Of a stretch of 64,000 nucleotides of DNA, positions 1-8,302 are shown piece by piece. A program made the position numbers and the translations under genes. The DNA comes from an uncultured virus (IMG/VR IMGVR_UViG_3300009161_006655). Taxonomy: Duplodnaviria; Heunggongvirae; Uroviricota; Caudoviricetes. Where the stretch lies: the IMG/VR virus record IMGVR_UViG_3300009161_006655; one strand, written 5' to 3'. The notes beneath the pieces were generated by a model, which searched no databases, was not told the DNA's origin, and saw only the letters and a program-made list of their open reading frames with translations. Each line of letters opens with the position of its first letter. The stretch's first letter is position 1.

Positions 1-204
1 TTATTCTCCTTTTTTCAATTGGTATAAATTAATCACGATCACCAGAAAGTTCATTATAACTACTGGATAGGTTTCGTGTGCTACTCCATAAATAATAAAC
101 ATTGCACAAGCAATAGAATTTGTTATTCTTAACTTCTTAATGTTTTTCATCATCATTGAAGCAAGTACTACTATCATTGATATATAACCCCAAATTTCTA
201 TCAT
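1..204 (-). CDS. small inner-membrane protein (YgjV-like)
   Basis: 67 aa with about three hydrophobic segments and a KKLRITNSIACAMFIIYG pattern. Confidence 0.55.
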   Translation of the reverse strand: MIEIWGYISMIVVLASMMMKNIKKLRITNSIACAMFIIYGVAHETYPVVIMNFLVIVINLYQLKKGE

Positions 205-317
205 ATTCCTAAATTTTCTAATTTTCTTCTTCTGACTTCTCTTTTGACCAGATTCTTCTTGTTCTATATATTTTTTTCTATCCTCAAGATATTGAAAAAT
301 GATTCGTTTAATTTCAT
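201..317 (-). pseudogene. 39-codon ORF with in-frame TAG (MKLNESFFNILRIEKNI*NKKNLVKREVRRRKLENLGI)
   Basis: ATGA overlaps with both neighbours; the C-terminus RRRKLENLGI matches the ends of the adjacent genes; TAG at codon 18. Confidence 0.45.
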
Positions 318-742
318 ATACCCAACTCTTTTAATTTTTCCTCACGAAATTCTGATAAAAATTCTACAGGATAAAACTGAACGATAAAACGATATCCTTG
401 ATTAGTCATATAATCAACTTTACTATTCTCAAATTTAACTTCATCTGAATCTGGTGTTGGCATAACCTCAACGGCTGGATCCCAAAACATCTTAGTAAAT
501 GTTTCTTCTAATTTTTTATGCCATTCATATCGGTTAGGATTAGAATGAGTACGACCATTACTAATACCATCTTTAAAGTTGAAATTAACTTTGTAACAAA
601 ACTCAATCTGAGGATAACCAGCGTAATATTTATCCATTCTAAAACAATCAACAGATTCTACTTTGCGTGAGTATCCATCAACATTGATAGACTCAATTAT
701 ATCCTTCCACTTATCGGTTAGTATTTTAGAAAATTCATACAT
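314..742 (-). CDS. hypothetical protein with C-terminal REEKLKELGI motif
   Basis: ORF track; coupled to neighbours. Confidence 0.7.
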   Translation of the reverse strand: MYEFSKILTDKWKDIIESINVDGYSRKVESVDCFRMDKYYAGYPQIEFCYKVNFNFKDGISNGRTHSNPNRYEWHKKLEETFTKMFWDPAVEVMPTPDSDEVKFENSKVDYMTNQGYRFIVQFYPVEFLSEFREEKLKELGI

Positions 743-1077
743 TATAATCCTAATTCTTTTAGTCTTTGTTGTCTAGCATCTTGAATAGTTGGTACTTCAA
801 CACGAGTTGCCTTACCTTTCGTACCATCTGATAAAGTAGGTGCATATCTTTTACGACTATTAAATTTATTCAAACGAGAGAATAGTTTCTTTTCTTTAAT
901 TGGAAGAAATCCTTTTATAGACTCAAATTGAGATTGAGTTAATTCAAGCATCTCATGTTTTAGATAGGTATTATAATCTCCATATTCACCAACCCATCTG
1001 GGTAATAAATGAAGTTTATAATCACCATTATCTTCTGTTATATAGTCACCACTATTTGAGTTTATCCAATAATCCAT
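742..1077 (-). CDS. hypothetical protein with C-terminal RQQRLKELGL motif
   Basis: ORF track; TACCTTTG (Bacteroidota -7 box) just upstream. Confidence 0.7.
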   Translation of the reverse strand: MDYWINSNSGDYITEDNGDYKLHLLPRWVGEYGDYNTYLKHEMLELTQSQFESIKGFLPIKEKKLFSRLNKFNSRKRYAPTLSDGTKGKATRVEVPTIQDARQQRLKELGL

Positions 1078-1174
1078 AATGACAAAGGTATGAAAAGATA
1101 ATGAGATTAAAAAAAAAATATATACATTTATGATTAAGAGTTTTAGTGAATTTAATAGAGACCCTTACGCTTAA

Positions 1175-1516
1175 TTATTTCCAAAGTATTTGAACACCAA
1201 GTATAGCCACTGCTAAACAAAGACAGATAATAGTTTTAGTATTAAATTCTTCATTCATTATGAAGTGTGAAAGAAGAGCAAAGACAATAGCACCAACAGC
1301 AAATCCAATTAATCTACCTGGCCAAACTTGACCATCAAATGCAATAGCACAATATTTAGTAAAGTAAATTAGTAAAATAGAAATTGGTAATCCAAACAAA
1401 GACATCATTAGGGGATGGTCTTTGGCCCAAGTCCAGAAGAATTGACTTTGTAATTGTAAGTAAGCGAGCGATTGTGCAATTGCTACAATTACCAAAGATA
1501 TAATTAAGTGCCTCAT
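1175..1516 (-). CDS. small multi-pass membrane protein (DMT/EamA-like)
   Basis: Four hydrophobic helices; start moved to MRHLII, just after a TATATTTG -7 box. Confidence 0.6.
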   Translation of the reverse strand: MRHLIISLVIVAIAQSLAYLQLQSQFFWTWAKDHPLMMSLFGLPISILLIYFTKYCAIAFDGQVWPGRLIGFAVGAIVFALLSHFIMNEEFNTKTIICLCLAVAILGVQILWK

Positions 1517-1559
1517 TTGACAAATATACAATTAATATTTTAATTTTAATATATAGTAT

Positions 1560-1979
1560 ATGAAAAAACTTAAAAGATTTAACGAACTTCTTAGTGAAGT
1601 ACCACACCAAGTTAGTGGAGATACAATGCAGGCATCTGGTTCAGATGTTAATTTTGAAAATGATAGTGTTATAAAATTTGAAGAGTTTGCTGAACATCGT
1701 TTAGATGGTGCGACTACAATTTCTAATAATGCAAAAGAAAAAGGAGGAGATGCTCTTTTAACACATCATCATTTTGTGGTTAAACTTCCTTTTTATGAAG
1801 AAGCTACTGATGGTAAATTTAATCCTACAAGAGCTCAAGCTCACTTTGAAGATTTAATGGATGAACTTATTGATAAAACATCTAATGGTATCAATTTAGA
1901 ACAAATTGAATTTCAAGAATTGGTTGGTAAGATAGAAGCTTTAGGTGAGCTTTTAATTAAATCAAGAGATTTAAAATAA
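1560..1979 (+). CDS. hypothetical protein with capsid-targeting-like N-terminus (MKKLKRFNE)
   Basis: N-terminal motif; TTAATATATA at 1546-1555. Confidence 0.7.
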   Translation: MKKLKRFNELLSEVPHQVSGDTMQASGSDVNFENDSVIKFEEFAEHRLDGATTISNNAKEKGGDALLTHHHFVVKLPFYEEATDGKFNPTRAQAHFEDLMDELIDKTSNGINLEQIEFQELVGKIEALGELLIKSRDLK

Positions 1980-2015
1980 AAAAGACCCAGCTAAAAGCTG
2001 AGTCTATATTATAAA

Positions 2016-2870
2016 ACGCTGAGATTACACGTTCATTTGACAGGTCTTTGGTTAGATTATGATTTCCCAAACTTATCCACCACCTTTTGAGTGATATCCT
2101 ATCAGTACCGGTTAGTTAGACTAACCACTTCTTGAGTTACTAAATACTCTCCATTTAATCCACTTACTCAGCCTTGCGAGCTAACACGAGGTTCGATCCT
2201 CTATAAGTTTTTCGATGAAATCACATCAGCCTTTCGAGCTTCAGTGGCCAAGAACAACTCTTGACTAAGTAGGTACCTTTCATCAGTAACTAGGTAACAC
2301 TTTCGATTTGTTTTTAGTTTTTGAATCTACTTTCAAATTTTAGTGCTTGTAGATTTATGTCGAAGTAGTGGTCACCTCTCAGCTCCCAAAGCTTTTGGCC
2401 TCAAGAATACTGGACTACTCCGTGTGATGCCTCCATCACAACTTTTTAAGATATCTTCACCACGACTCGCCTTGCGACTAATCTACACTCTTGGTAGAGT
2501 GATTGATGTTCATTAACAGCACCGCCTGTACAATGAATTGTCTTTCGACTTTGAGACACCTATCAAGTTGAAACTCACGATTGTAATAACTGGTTGGTCA
2601 CCACTTCTCGTAAAATCTCTACAGGTTATTCTTATTGGTCTTCCGACCTCAACTGAACAATCTACACTTGCCCAGTCACCAATCCATTTCCCTACGGAGT
2701 TACCCTCGGTACTTCAGGCTTAGTGATATCCTGCTTGCTTACTCGACCTCGGTTACCCAAGACGCAAACACATTTTGCAATTGTGTTCACTTTATCCCTC
2801 TTTCAAGGTTTATTTTACGACCATAAGCGGCCGTTACTTCCATCTATCCTAAGATAGGTTTCCGTATGTA
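2016..2870 (-). ncRNA. large structured ncRNA, GOLLD-like (ends approximate)
   Basis: About 850 nt, GC-enriched, no credible ORF; many minus-strand GNRA hairpins (gtc-GAAA-gac, ggtc-GGAA-gacc, cttgg-GTAA-ccgag, gtc-GCAA-ggc); downstream of co-oriented tRNAs. Confidence 0.65.
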
Positions 2871-3034
2871 ATTTTTTCAAAGAACTTACTTTATATCCGA
2901 CGTTTCGGAAAAAGTTTAGAAAAACTTTCATTTTTCTTTTTATTTTTTCTACCTCTCACACCTAACACTCACTCAAAGTGGTTTGTGTATAACAACCTTA
3001 ACATCACTATCTTATAGTCGAGTAGGTAAATTTG

Positions 3035-3106
3035 TAGCGGGGGAAGGATTCGAACCTCCGACCTCTAGGTTATGAGCCTAGCGAGCTACCCCTGCTCTAC
3101 CCCGCA
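3035..3106 (-). tRNA. tRNA-Met(CAT), initiator-like
   Basis: Cloverleaf TGCGGGG...CTAGG-CTCATAA-CCTAG...GGTTCGAATCC; 1:72 mismatch as in fMet tRNA; no encoded CCA. Confidence 0.9.
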
Positions 3107-3121
3107 ATATATCTTTTTTTG

Positions 3122-3222
3122 TAGCCCGTAGAGGATTCGAACACTCTGTTTTCTAACCGAAAAGTTAGACGTCCTAAACAGATAAATCTGTTTCTCTTGC
3201 GAGTCCAGTAGACGAACGGGCC
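3122..3222 (-). tRNA. atypical Glu-type tRNA: 8-nt anticodon loop (CTTTTCGG), ~28-nt D-loop insertion
   Basis: Acceptor GGCCCGT/ACGGGCT, D stem GTCT/GGAC, anticodon stem TCTAA/TTAGA, TTCGAAT T-loop with a bulged T-stem. Confidence 0.7.
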
Positions 3223-3227
3223 ATTTG

Positions 3228-3300
3228 TAGTTGGTAGAGGATTCGAACCTCTGTTTGATTTCTGAAAAGAAACCCGTCCTATCCAGTAGACGAACCGACC
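3228..3300 (-). tRNA. atypical Glu-type tRNA with 8-nt anticodon loop (CTTTTCAG)
   Basis: GGTCGGT..GTCT-ACTGGATA-GGAC G GGTTT-CTTTTCAG-AAATC AAAC AGAGG-TTCGAAT-CCTCT ACCAACT A. Confidence 0.75.
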
Positions 3301-3318
3301 ATTTTATTTTTCTTCTTA

Positions 3319-3350
3319 CAAAGATAAGTAAACTTTTTTAATCTACCAAA
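3319..3350 (-). promoter_or_regulatory. Bacteroidota primary-sigma promoter for the tRNA/ncRNA cluster
   Basis: TTTG-N20-TATCTTTG matches the -33 TTTG / -7 TAnnTTTG consensus. Confidence 0.75.
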
Positions 3351-3408
3351 TCTTTTTTTATTTTTTTTTAGATTTGTATCTGAATCGTTATCTATCTCTT
3401 TTGTCTTA

Positions 3409-3440
3409 CAAAGATAATATATCTTTTTTAATCTACCAAA
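3409..3440 (-). promoter_or_regulatory. second, tandem copy of the Bacteroidota-type promoter
   Basis: Near-identical direct repeat TTTGGTAGATTAAAAAAG...TATCTTTG. Confidence 0.7.
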
Positions 3441-3612
3441 TTATTTTTTCAATTTTTTTATTTCTTTCTTCATCAATTGGATAAAATAATTCTTTTGTAT
3501 ACCAATAGTTTCTTAACTCATTATCGAATATTTTAAAGCCGATTGAATCGGTATCAGTAACAACATATGACTTATCAATAATTTCCTGATTGTTATTATG
3601 TCTTTGATCATA
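3433..3612 (-). pseudogene. start-less gene remnant ending in ERNKKIEKIIW
   Basis: Open frame with the shared C-terminal motif; nearest ATG is out of frame. Confidence 0.4.
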
Positions 3613-3681
3613 TCAACAATTATATAGAATTTATTGTATTAGAAAAAACCCATACTAAGTGGGTTTTTTTATATATAATTT

Positions 3682-4308
3682 ATGAAAAAAAATCCAGAAG
3701 CTATTTTAGCAAAATCGGGAATTGATTATTTTGAATCACTTGGTTACACAACATACAAAGAAGTATCTCTTAAAGGTGGTGGATCCATAAGAGCTGATAT
3801 ATTTTGTAAGAAAGGAAATGAATCAATTGCGGTTGAAGTTAAAATGTCAATGTCCTTGAAAATAATTGAGCAAGGTTTCAAATGGAGAGAACATTCAAAT
3901 AAAACTTATATTCTGATTCCTAAAAAAAGAAAGTTTAATTTATTCGCTGAGCAAATTTGTAGAGACTATGGAATAGGACTTATTTATTATAAGGATGGTA
4001 TATTCACTGAACGAGTTCAACCATCAATAACTTTAGAGCCTAAAGAACCTCAGTTATATGAAGAACAATTATTATCAGATGCTTCTAATAACAGAGGTGA
4101 ATTTGTAACTCCTTTCAAATTAACTATTAATAGATTAATCGATTATGTAGGTGATAATAAATTACAATTATCTAATGTTATATCTAATATAGAACATCAC
4201 TATAAAGATAATTCATCAGCTGCTAACTCTATTAAATCAATGATTAAAATAGGTGTTATAAATCTTAAGTTAGTTAAAGAAAGTGGTAAAATATGGATAA
4301 GTAAATAA
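3682..4308 (+). CDS. PD-(D/E)XK nuclease-family protein
   Basis: EV...RADIF...AVEVK motif. Confidence 0.65.
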   Translation: MKKNPEAILAKSGIDYFESLGYTTYKEVSLKGGGSIRADIFCKKGNESIAVEVKMSMSLKIIEQGFKWREHSNKTYILIPKKRKFNLFAEQICRDYGIGLIYYKDGIFTERVQPSITLEPKEPQLYEEQLLSDASNNRGEFVTPFKLTINRLIDYVGDNKLQLSNVISNIEHHYKDNSSAANSIKSMIKIGVINLKLVKESGKIWISK

Positions 4309-4362
4309 CTACAAACAAAGTAATATTAAAATAATATACTTATAAAATAAAATTATATAAAA

Positions 4363-4866
4363 ATGAAAGTATTAAATATCATAGGATGTCCTAATAAAAA
4401 AGATTTTAACTTTGATATACACAATTCAGTTAAAGAATTCTGTAATAAAAATAAAGTTGAATATAAATTTGTTGACCTTTATTTAGACAAATTTGATCCA
4501 ATTGATCGCAGTGAAATAAAAACAAATGATTTAATTACATCTTATAGAAAAAGAATTGAATGGGCCGATGTTATTATTATAACTTCTCCTTCTAATTTAC
4601 ATAGATTGAGTATTATGACTGAAGGTTTCTTAGGTAAAGTTATTACTAAAGATACTCTTAAAAATAAAAAGGTTATTACTCTTTTAACACATGAAAAATC
4701 AGTATTTTCAATTAATTTATCAAAAATCAGATTATATCTTCTTTTGAGATCAAGAGTTTATCAATTCTGTAATATTTCATCTATTAAAGAAATAGACAGA
4801 AAAATATACTTAGAAAGTGTTAAAACTATAATGACTAAAAATATAACAACACCTAAAAAGAAATAA
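4363..4866 (+). CDS. flavodoxin-fold NAD(P)H-dependent oxidoreductase-like protein (divergent)
   Basis: MKVLNIIGCP...DLYLDKFDP...IEWADVIIITSP. Confidence 0.65.
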   Translation: MKVLNIIGCPNKKDFNFDIHNSVKEFCNKNKVEYKFVDLYLDKFDPIDRSEIKTNDLITSYRKRIEWADVIIITSPSNLHRLSIMTEGFLGKVITKDTLKNKKVITLLTHEKSVFSINLSKIRLYLLLRSRVYQFCNISSIKEIDRKIYLESVKTIMTKNITTPKKK

Positions 4867-4895
4867 AAAAACCCACTCAGTTGAGTGGGTTTTTT
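4866..4895. terminator. bidirectional intrinsic terminator
   Basis: aaaaaaacccactca-gt-tgagtgggtttttt between convergent units. Confidence 0.8.
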
Positions 4896-4896
4896 G

Positions 4897-5012
4897 TACA
4901 AGAGGATGGATTTGCACCAACACGATTTAGTTACCTATCAATCAACCTCTTTCAAGGTTTACGTCTGCTATCAATAATCATAAATAATTATCTCAATTTT
5001 CGCCACTCTTGT
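4897..5012 (-). ncRNA. tRNA-like RNA (class II/Leu-like scaffold) with GAAA tetraloop at the anticodon position and a large D-loop insertion
   Basis: Perfect 7-bp acceptor ACAAGAG/CTCTTGT plus A; TGGCGAAA...AGACG D-arm edges; AACCTT-GAAA-GAGGTT; long variable arm; GG-TGCAAAT-CC T-arm; directly 3' of tRNA-Ser. Confidence 0.6.
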
Positions 5013-5019
5013 GTTTTTG

Positions 5020-5106
5020 CGGAGGCTCAGGGATTCGAACCCCGGTTACAGTTTCCCGTAAAGCAGTTTTCAAGACTGCCGCATTCGACCGCTCTGCCAA
5101 ACCTCC
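5020..5106 (-). tRNA. tRNA-Ser(TGA)
   Basis: GGAGGTT...GCAGT-CTTGAAA-ACTGC, long variable arm, GGTTCGAATCC, G discriminator. Confidence 0.93.
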
Positions 5107-5144
5107 GTTACAATTATATATAAATCTGATGTTTTGTTGTATCT

Positions 5145-5300
5145 TCAAATGTTATCCATATCAATATCACTAGTGATGTGTTTCTTCCAAAATTTATACA
5201 ATTTAGAATTTGGAAATCTTTTAGAAAGAACATATCCCATTATGAATGTTGATATAACAACTGAAAATGAAATAATGTATATTATTAAAGCTAAACTCAT
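5145..5300 (-). CDS. small membrane protein (51 aa, MSLALIIYIISF...)
   Basis: Translated by hand; ATGA overlap with the upstream gene; N-terminal TM helix. Confidence 0.55.
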   Translation of the reverse strand: MSLALIIYIISFSVVISTFIMGYVLSKRFPNSKLYKFWKKHITSDIDMDNI

Positions 5301-5563
5301 TTTAATTTATAGATTGTATAAGGTTTTAACAAAGTTAATTTAGAACCATCTGTATTATAATACCAGATAGAATCCGCATTCTGACCATAAATTGTATCAG
5401 TGTAAGCGATTGCGGGTCTGAGTTCTTGGGTGACATTCACCTCATTCTGGCCAACTTGTCTTTTGATTAAGACTAAGACTTGGCCTTCAATTTTGTACTT
5501 ATGTTCTTTAAAATCACATGAGAAAAGAAAAGAAGATAGTAGTAGTAAAGTAATAAATTTCAT
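5297..5563 (-). CDS. putative lipoprotein
   Basis: Signal peptide with LFSC lipobox. Confidence 0.65.
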   Translation of the reverse strand: MKFITLLLLSSFLFSCDFKEHKYKIEGQVLVLIKRQVGQNEVNVTQELRPAIAYTDTIYGQNADSIWYYNTDGSKLTLLKPYTIYKLK

Positions 5564-5564
5564 A

Positions 5565-5918
5565 TTAATTGTTTTTAAATTTTAACATTGATTCTGCTAT
5601 TTTATCAACGTTGTTTTGGTCTAAATATCCCATCTTATTACAGATAGTCATAATAAATTCTTTAGATGGTTTTCCGTAGAATGTTCCCAAAACAACACCT
5701 GTTTTCGTGTGTTTGATTAAAGTAACATCTTCACAATAATCTAAGCTTGTTGTGAGTATAAAGTTACAACAAAATTCATTATCATTTTTTAGATTAACAA
5801 AGTGTGTTGTATCCGAGGCATTTGAATACTTACACTCAATTGTAATTATTGGTTTTGATTCTGCTTTAACTAATTGACTTCCTGTCAATAAAAGTAATAA
5901 TAGTATAATTTTTTTCAT
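5565..5918 (-). CDS. secreted hypothetical protein
   Basis: MKKIILLLLLL...VKA signal peptide; TATATTTG upstream. Confidence 0.65.
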   Translation of the reverse strand: MKKIILLLLLLTGSQLVKAESKPIITIECKYSNASDTTHFVNLKNDNEFCCNFILTTSLDYCEDVTLIKHTKTGVVLGTFYGKPSKEFIMTICNKMGYLDQNNVDKIAESMLKFKNN

Positions 5919-5946
5919 AATACAAATATAGTAATTTTTATTTAAA

Positions 5947-7059
5947 TTAAAAACTATTTACAGAATTAATTATTAAATCCACTTCTTCAGTTGTTAAGAA
6001 GGGGTGAATTGGTAAAGAAACTATTTTATCAGCCCACTCATCTGTTATCTTACTTGAATAAACAATATCCATAGAACTATCAAAGATAGAGGTTTTATGA
6101 ATTGGAATAGGATAATGAATAATTGTAGTAATACCATTAGAAGCCATATGTTTTTCAAATGACTGTCTATCATCAACCATTACACAGAAGATGTGATATG
6201 AGTGTGTGGTGCAATCCTGGTGTGATTTAGGTAAAGTAACTTTATCATTATTCATTTCATTTAGAAACCTTGTAACAATTTCATTTTTAGTCATTGTCCA
6301 AGAGTGTAAGTGCTTTAACTTCTCGGAAAGAACTATTGCTTGTATTGAATCTAATCTATGATTGTTACCAAGTTCATCGTAATAATATTTAACTTTAGAA
6401 CCATAATTTCTAAGTGATCTTAATCTTATATTTAATTCTTCTGAGTTTGTAGTGATAATACCAGCATCACCTGCAGCTCCTAAATTCTTACCAGGGTATA
6501 ATGAGTAAACAGCCATCTCACCATAAGATCCTAAGTGATTACCTTTGTATCTTGTTTCATGTGATTGAGAACAATCTTCTAAAATGCCAAAGTTATATTT
6601 CTTAGACAGCTCAACAATTTTATCCATATCACAAGCTTGTCCATATAAATGTACAGGAATTACAACAACTTTACCATAAACTGTTCTCCACTTTTCTAAA
6701 AAAGATTCTAAACTATTTACATCAATCGTAAAGTGCTCATTTTGATCGACTAAAGCAATTTTTGGTTTATCGCCTGGTAAATTTTTAACTGCTAAATAAT
6801 CAGCAATAAATGTATTAGATGGAATAATAACTAAATCATTTGATTTCAAATCATATGTTTGTAAAGCTAGTTTTAACCCATCGGTACCATTTGATACACC
6901 GATTGCGTATTTACTATTGAAATATTCAGCAAATTGTTGTTCAAATTCTGTTACTGATTTTCCATTTATATAAGAGCCTTCGTGTCCTAACTTGTCTATT
7001 TTCTCAAGAACTGATTCTCTAATTGTTTGCCATTGTTTTCCTAAATCGTTAAATTGCAT
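5947..7059 (-). CDS. DegT/DnrJ/EryC1/StrS family PLP sugar aminotransferase
   Basis: VSNGTDGL, PVHLYGQ, EDCSQSH, SLYPGKNLGAAGDAG. Confidence 0.92.
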   Translation of the reverse strand: MQFNDLGKQWQTIRESVLEKIDKLGHEGSYINGKSVTEFEQQFAEYFNSKYAIGVSNGTDGLKLALQTYDLKSNDLVIIPSNTFIADYLAVKNLPGDKPKIALVDQNEHFTIDVNSLESFLEKWRTVYGKVVVIPVHLYGQACDMDKIVELSKKYNFGILEDCSQSHETRYKGNHLGSYGEMAVYSLYPGKNLGAAGDAGIITTNSEELNIRLRSLRNYGSKVKYYYDELGNNHRLDSIQAIVLSEKLKHLHSWTMTKNEIVTRFLNEMNNDKVTLPKSHQDCTTHSYHIFCVMVDDRQSFEKHMASNGITTIIHYPIPIHKTSIFDSSMDIVYSSKITDEWADKIVSLPIHPFLTTEEVDLIINSVNSF

Positions 7060-7867
7060 ATTCTAAATTATTTGTTATTTTTAATGTTATATTCTTATTA
7101 TCTGTAAAGTTATCAGCTGTAAAAAAATAATTCATCGCTAAGTGTAAAGGTGATTTAGTGTTAGATAAATCTTCCAAACCTTTGCTACTAACAATAGTTT
7201 TCTTAACATCATCAAATACTATTATTTCATCATCTTCAGTTATAAATAAAGCAACTCTGTTTTTTGTTTTATGTTGCCAAGATGAATTAATAATAACTTG
7301 TAAACCATCTTTATAATACCAACTTATATTTGATCCAAATTCTTCATTTGACTTAATTGAAAATTCATTCCAAGTAAAATCAAAATTATCTAATCCAAAT
7401 ATGTAGTAAAGAATTGATAAGTCATGTGATGATAAATCAGGTATAGAACCACAATCATGTCTAACTGGACCATCATTGGTTCTATTAAGTATAACTTGTT
7501 TAATTTTCTTTTTTGATACAATTTTTTTAACTCTATCAATACAAGGATTAAAAGTATAAACCCAATCAACAAATAACATATTGTTATTTTTATCCATCAA
7601 TGAATAAATATCTTCAGATTCTTTTAAAGTTAAAGTAAGTGGCTTCTCACACCAAATTCTTTTATTTTTATATTGACCAATTTTATTTAAAACTTCATGA
7701 TGTGATGTGAATGGTGTTATTACAAAGTAATAATCATATGTATCATCTAACTCGTGAAAGTTATCTAAAACAATATCAATTATTTTAACATCTTCATATC
7801 CTAAAGACATTAAATTTTTATGGATTATCTTACCCCAGTATCCGTAACCTATTAAGCAAATTTTCAT
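7049..7867 (-). CDS. Gfo/Idh/MocA family oxidoreductase
   Basis: IGYGYWG Rossmann motif, CEKP, DLSSHD. Confidence 0.88.
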   Translation of the reverse strand: MKICLIGYGYWGKIIHKNLMSLGYEDVKIIDIVLDNFHELDDTYDYYFVITPFTSHHEVLNKIGQYKNKRIWCEKPLTLTLKESEDIYSLMDKNNNMLFVDWVYTFNPCIDRVKKIVSKKKIKQVILNRTNDGPVRHDCGSIPDLSSHDLSILYYIFGLDNFDFTWNEFSIKSNEEFGSNISWYYKDGLQVIINSSWQHKTKNRVALFITEDDEIIVFDDVKKTIVSSKGLEDLSNTKSPLHLAMNYFFTADNFTDNKNITLKITNNLEYAI

Positions 7868-8298
7868 AATTGTCTTGTAATTTTTGCTGGATTGCCATAA
7901 GCAACACAGTTGTCTGGTATGTCTTTTGTAACCACGGAACCAGCGCCGATTATTACATTATTTCCAATTTTAACAGGTAGTATAGTTGAATTAGATCCAA
8001 TTCTAACTCTATCACCTACTACTGTTTCCTTCATTTTCCAATCCTCAATTAAATCAGAATCAAATGTATCATTTGTAAACATAACACCGTGTCCGATGAA
8101 TGTGTTTTTACCAATTGTTATACCCGAACAAATGAAAGAGTGTGAACTTATTATTGAATTCTCACCAATAGTGACATCTTTTTGTATTTCTACAAATGGT
8201 CCAATTTTTACATTATCACCAATAGTACACCCATATAAGTTCGCTGGTTCTACAATTGATACATTTTCTCCTAATTTTACATTTTTAATTCCTGACAT
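7864..8298 (-). CDS. hexapeptide-repeat sugar N-acetyltransferase (WbpD/WlbB-like)
   Basis: Left-handed beta-helix repeats, FTND, GAGSVVTKD, GNPAK. Confidence 0.88.
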   Translation of the reverse strand: MSGIKNVKLGENVSIVEPANLYGCTIGDNVKIGPFVEIQKDVTIGENSIISSHSFICSGITIGKNTFIGHGVMFTNDTFDSDLIEDWKMKETVVGDRVRIGSNSTILPVKIGNNVIIGAGSVVTKDIPDNCVAYGNPAKITRQL

Positions 8299-8302
8299 AT
8301 TT

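Noticed and set aside
2538..2826. Two short plus-strand ORFs
   Set aside because: They lie antisense within the structured RNA and show no protein features.
2016..2870. rRNA fragment, tmRNA, RNase P or self-splicing intron
   Set aside because: I found no recognisable rRNA, tmRNA-end or RNase P signatures, and no interrupted host gene; a cmscan run is still needed.
5020..5106. Opal suppressor or selenocysteine tRNA
   Set aside because: The anticodon is TGA (reads UCA, Ser), not TCA.
4881..5343. Plus-strand ORFs 4881-5123 and 5134-5343
   Set aside because: They are antisense to tRNA-Ser, the tRNA-like RNA and a better minus-strand membrane ORF.
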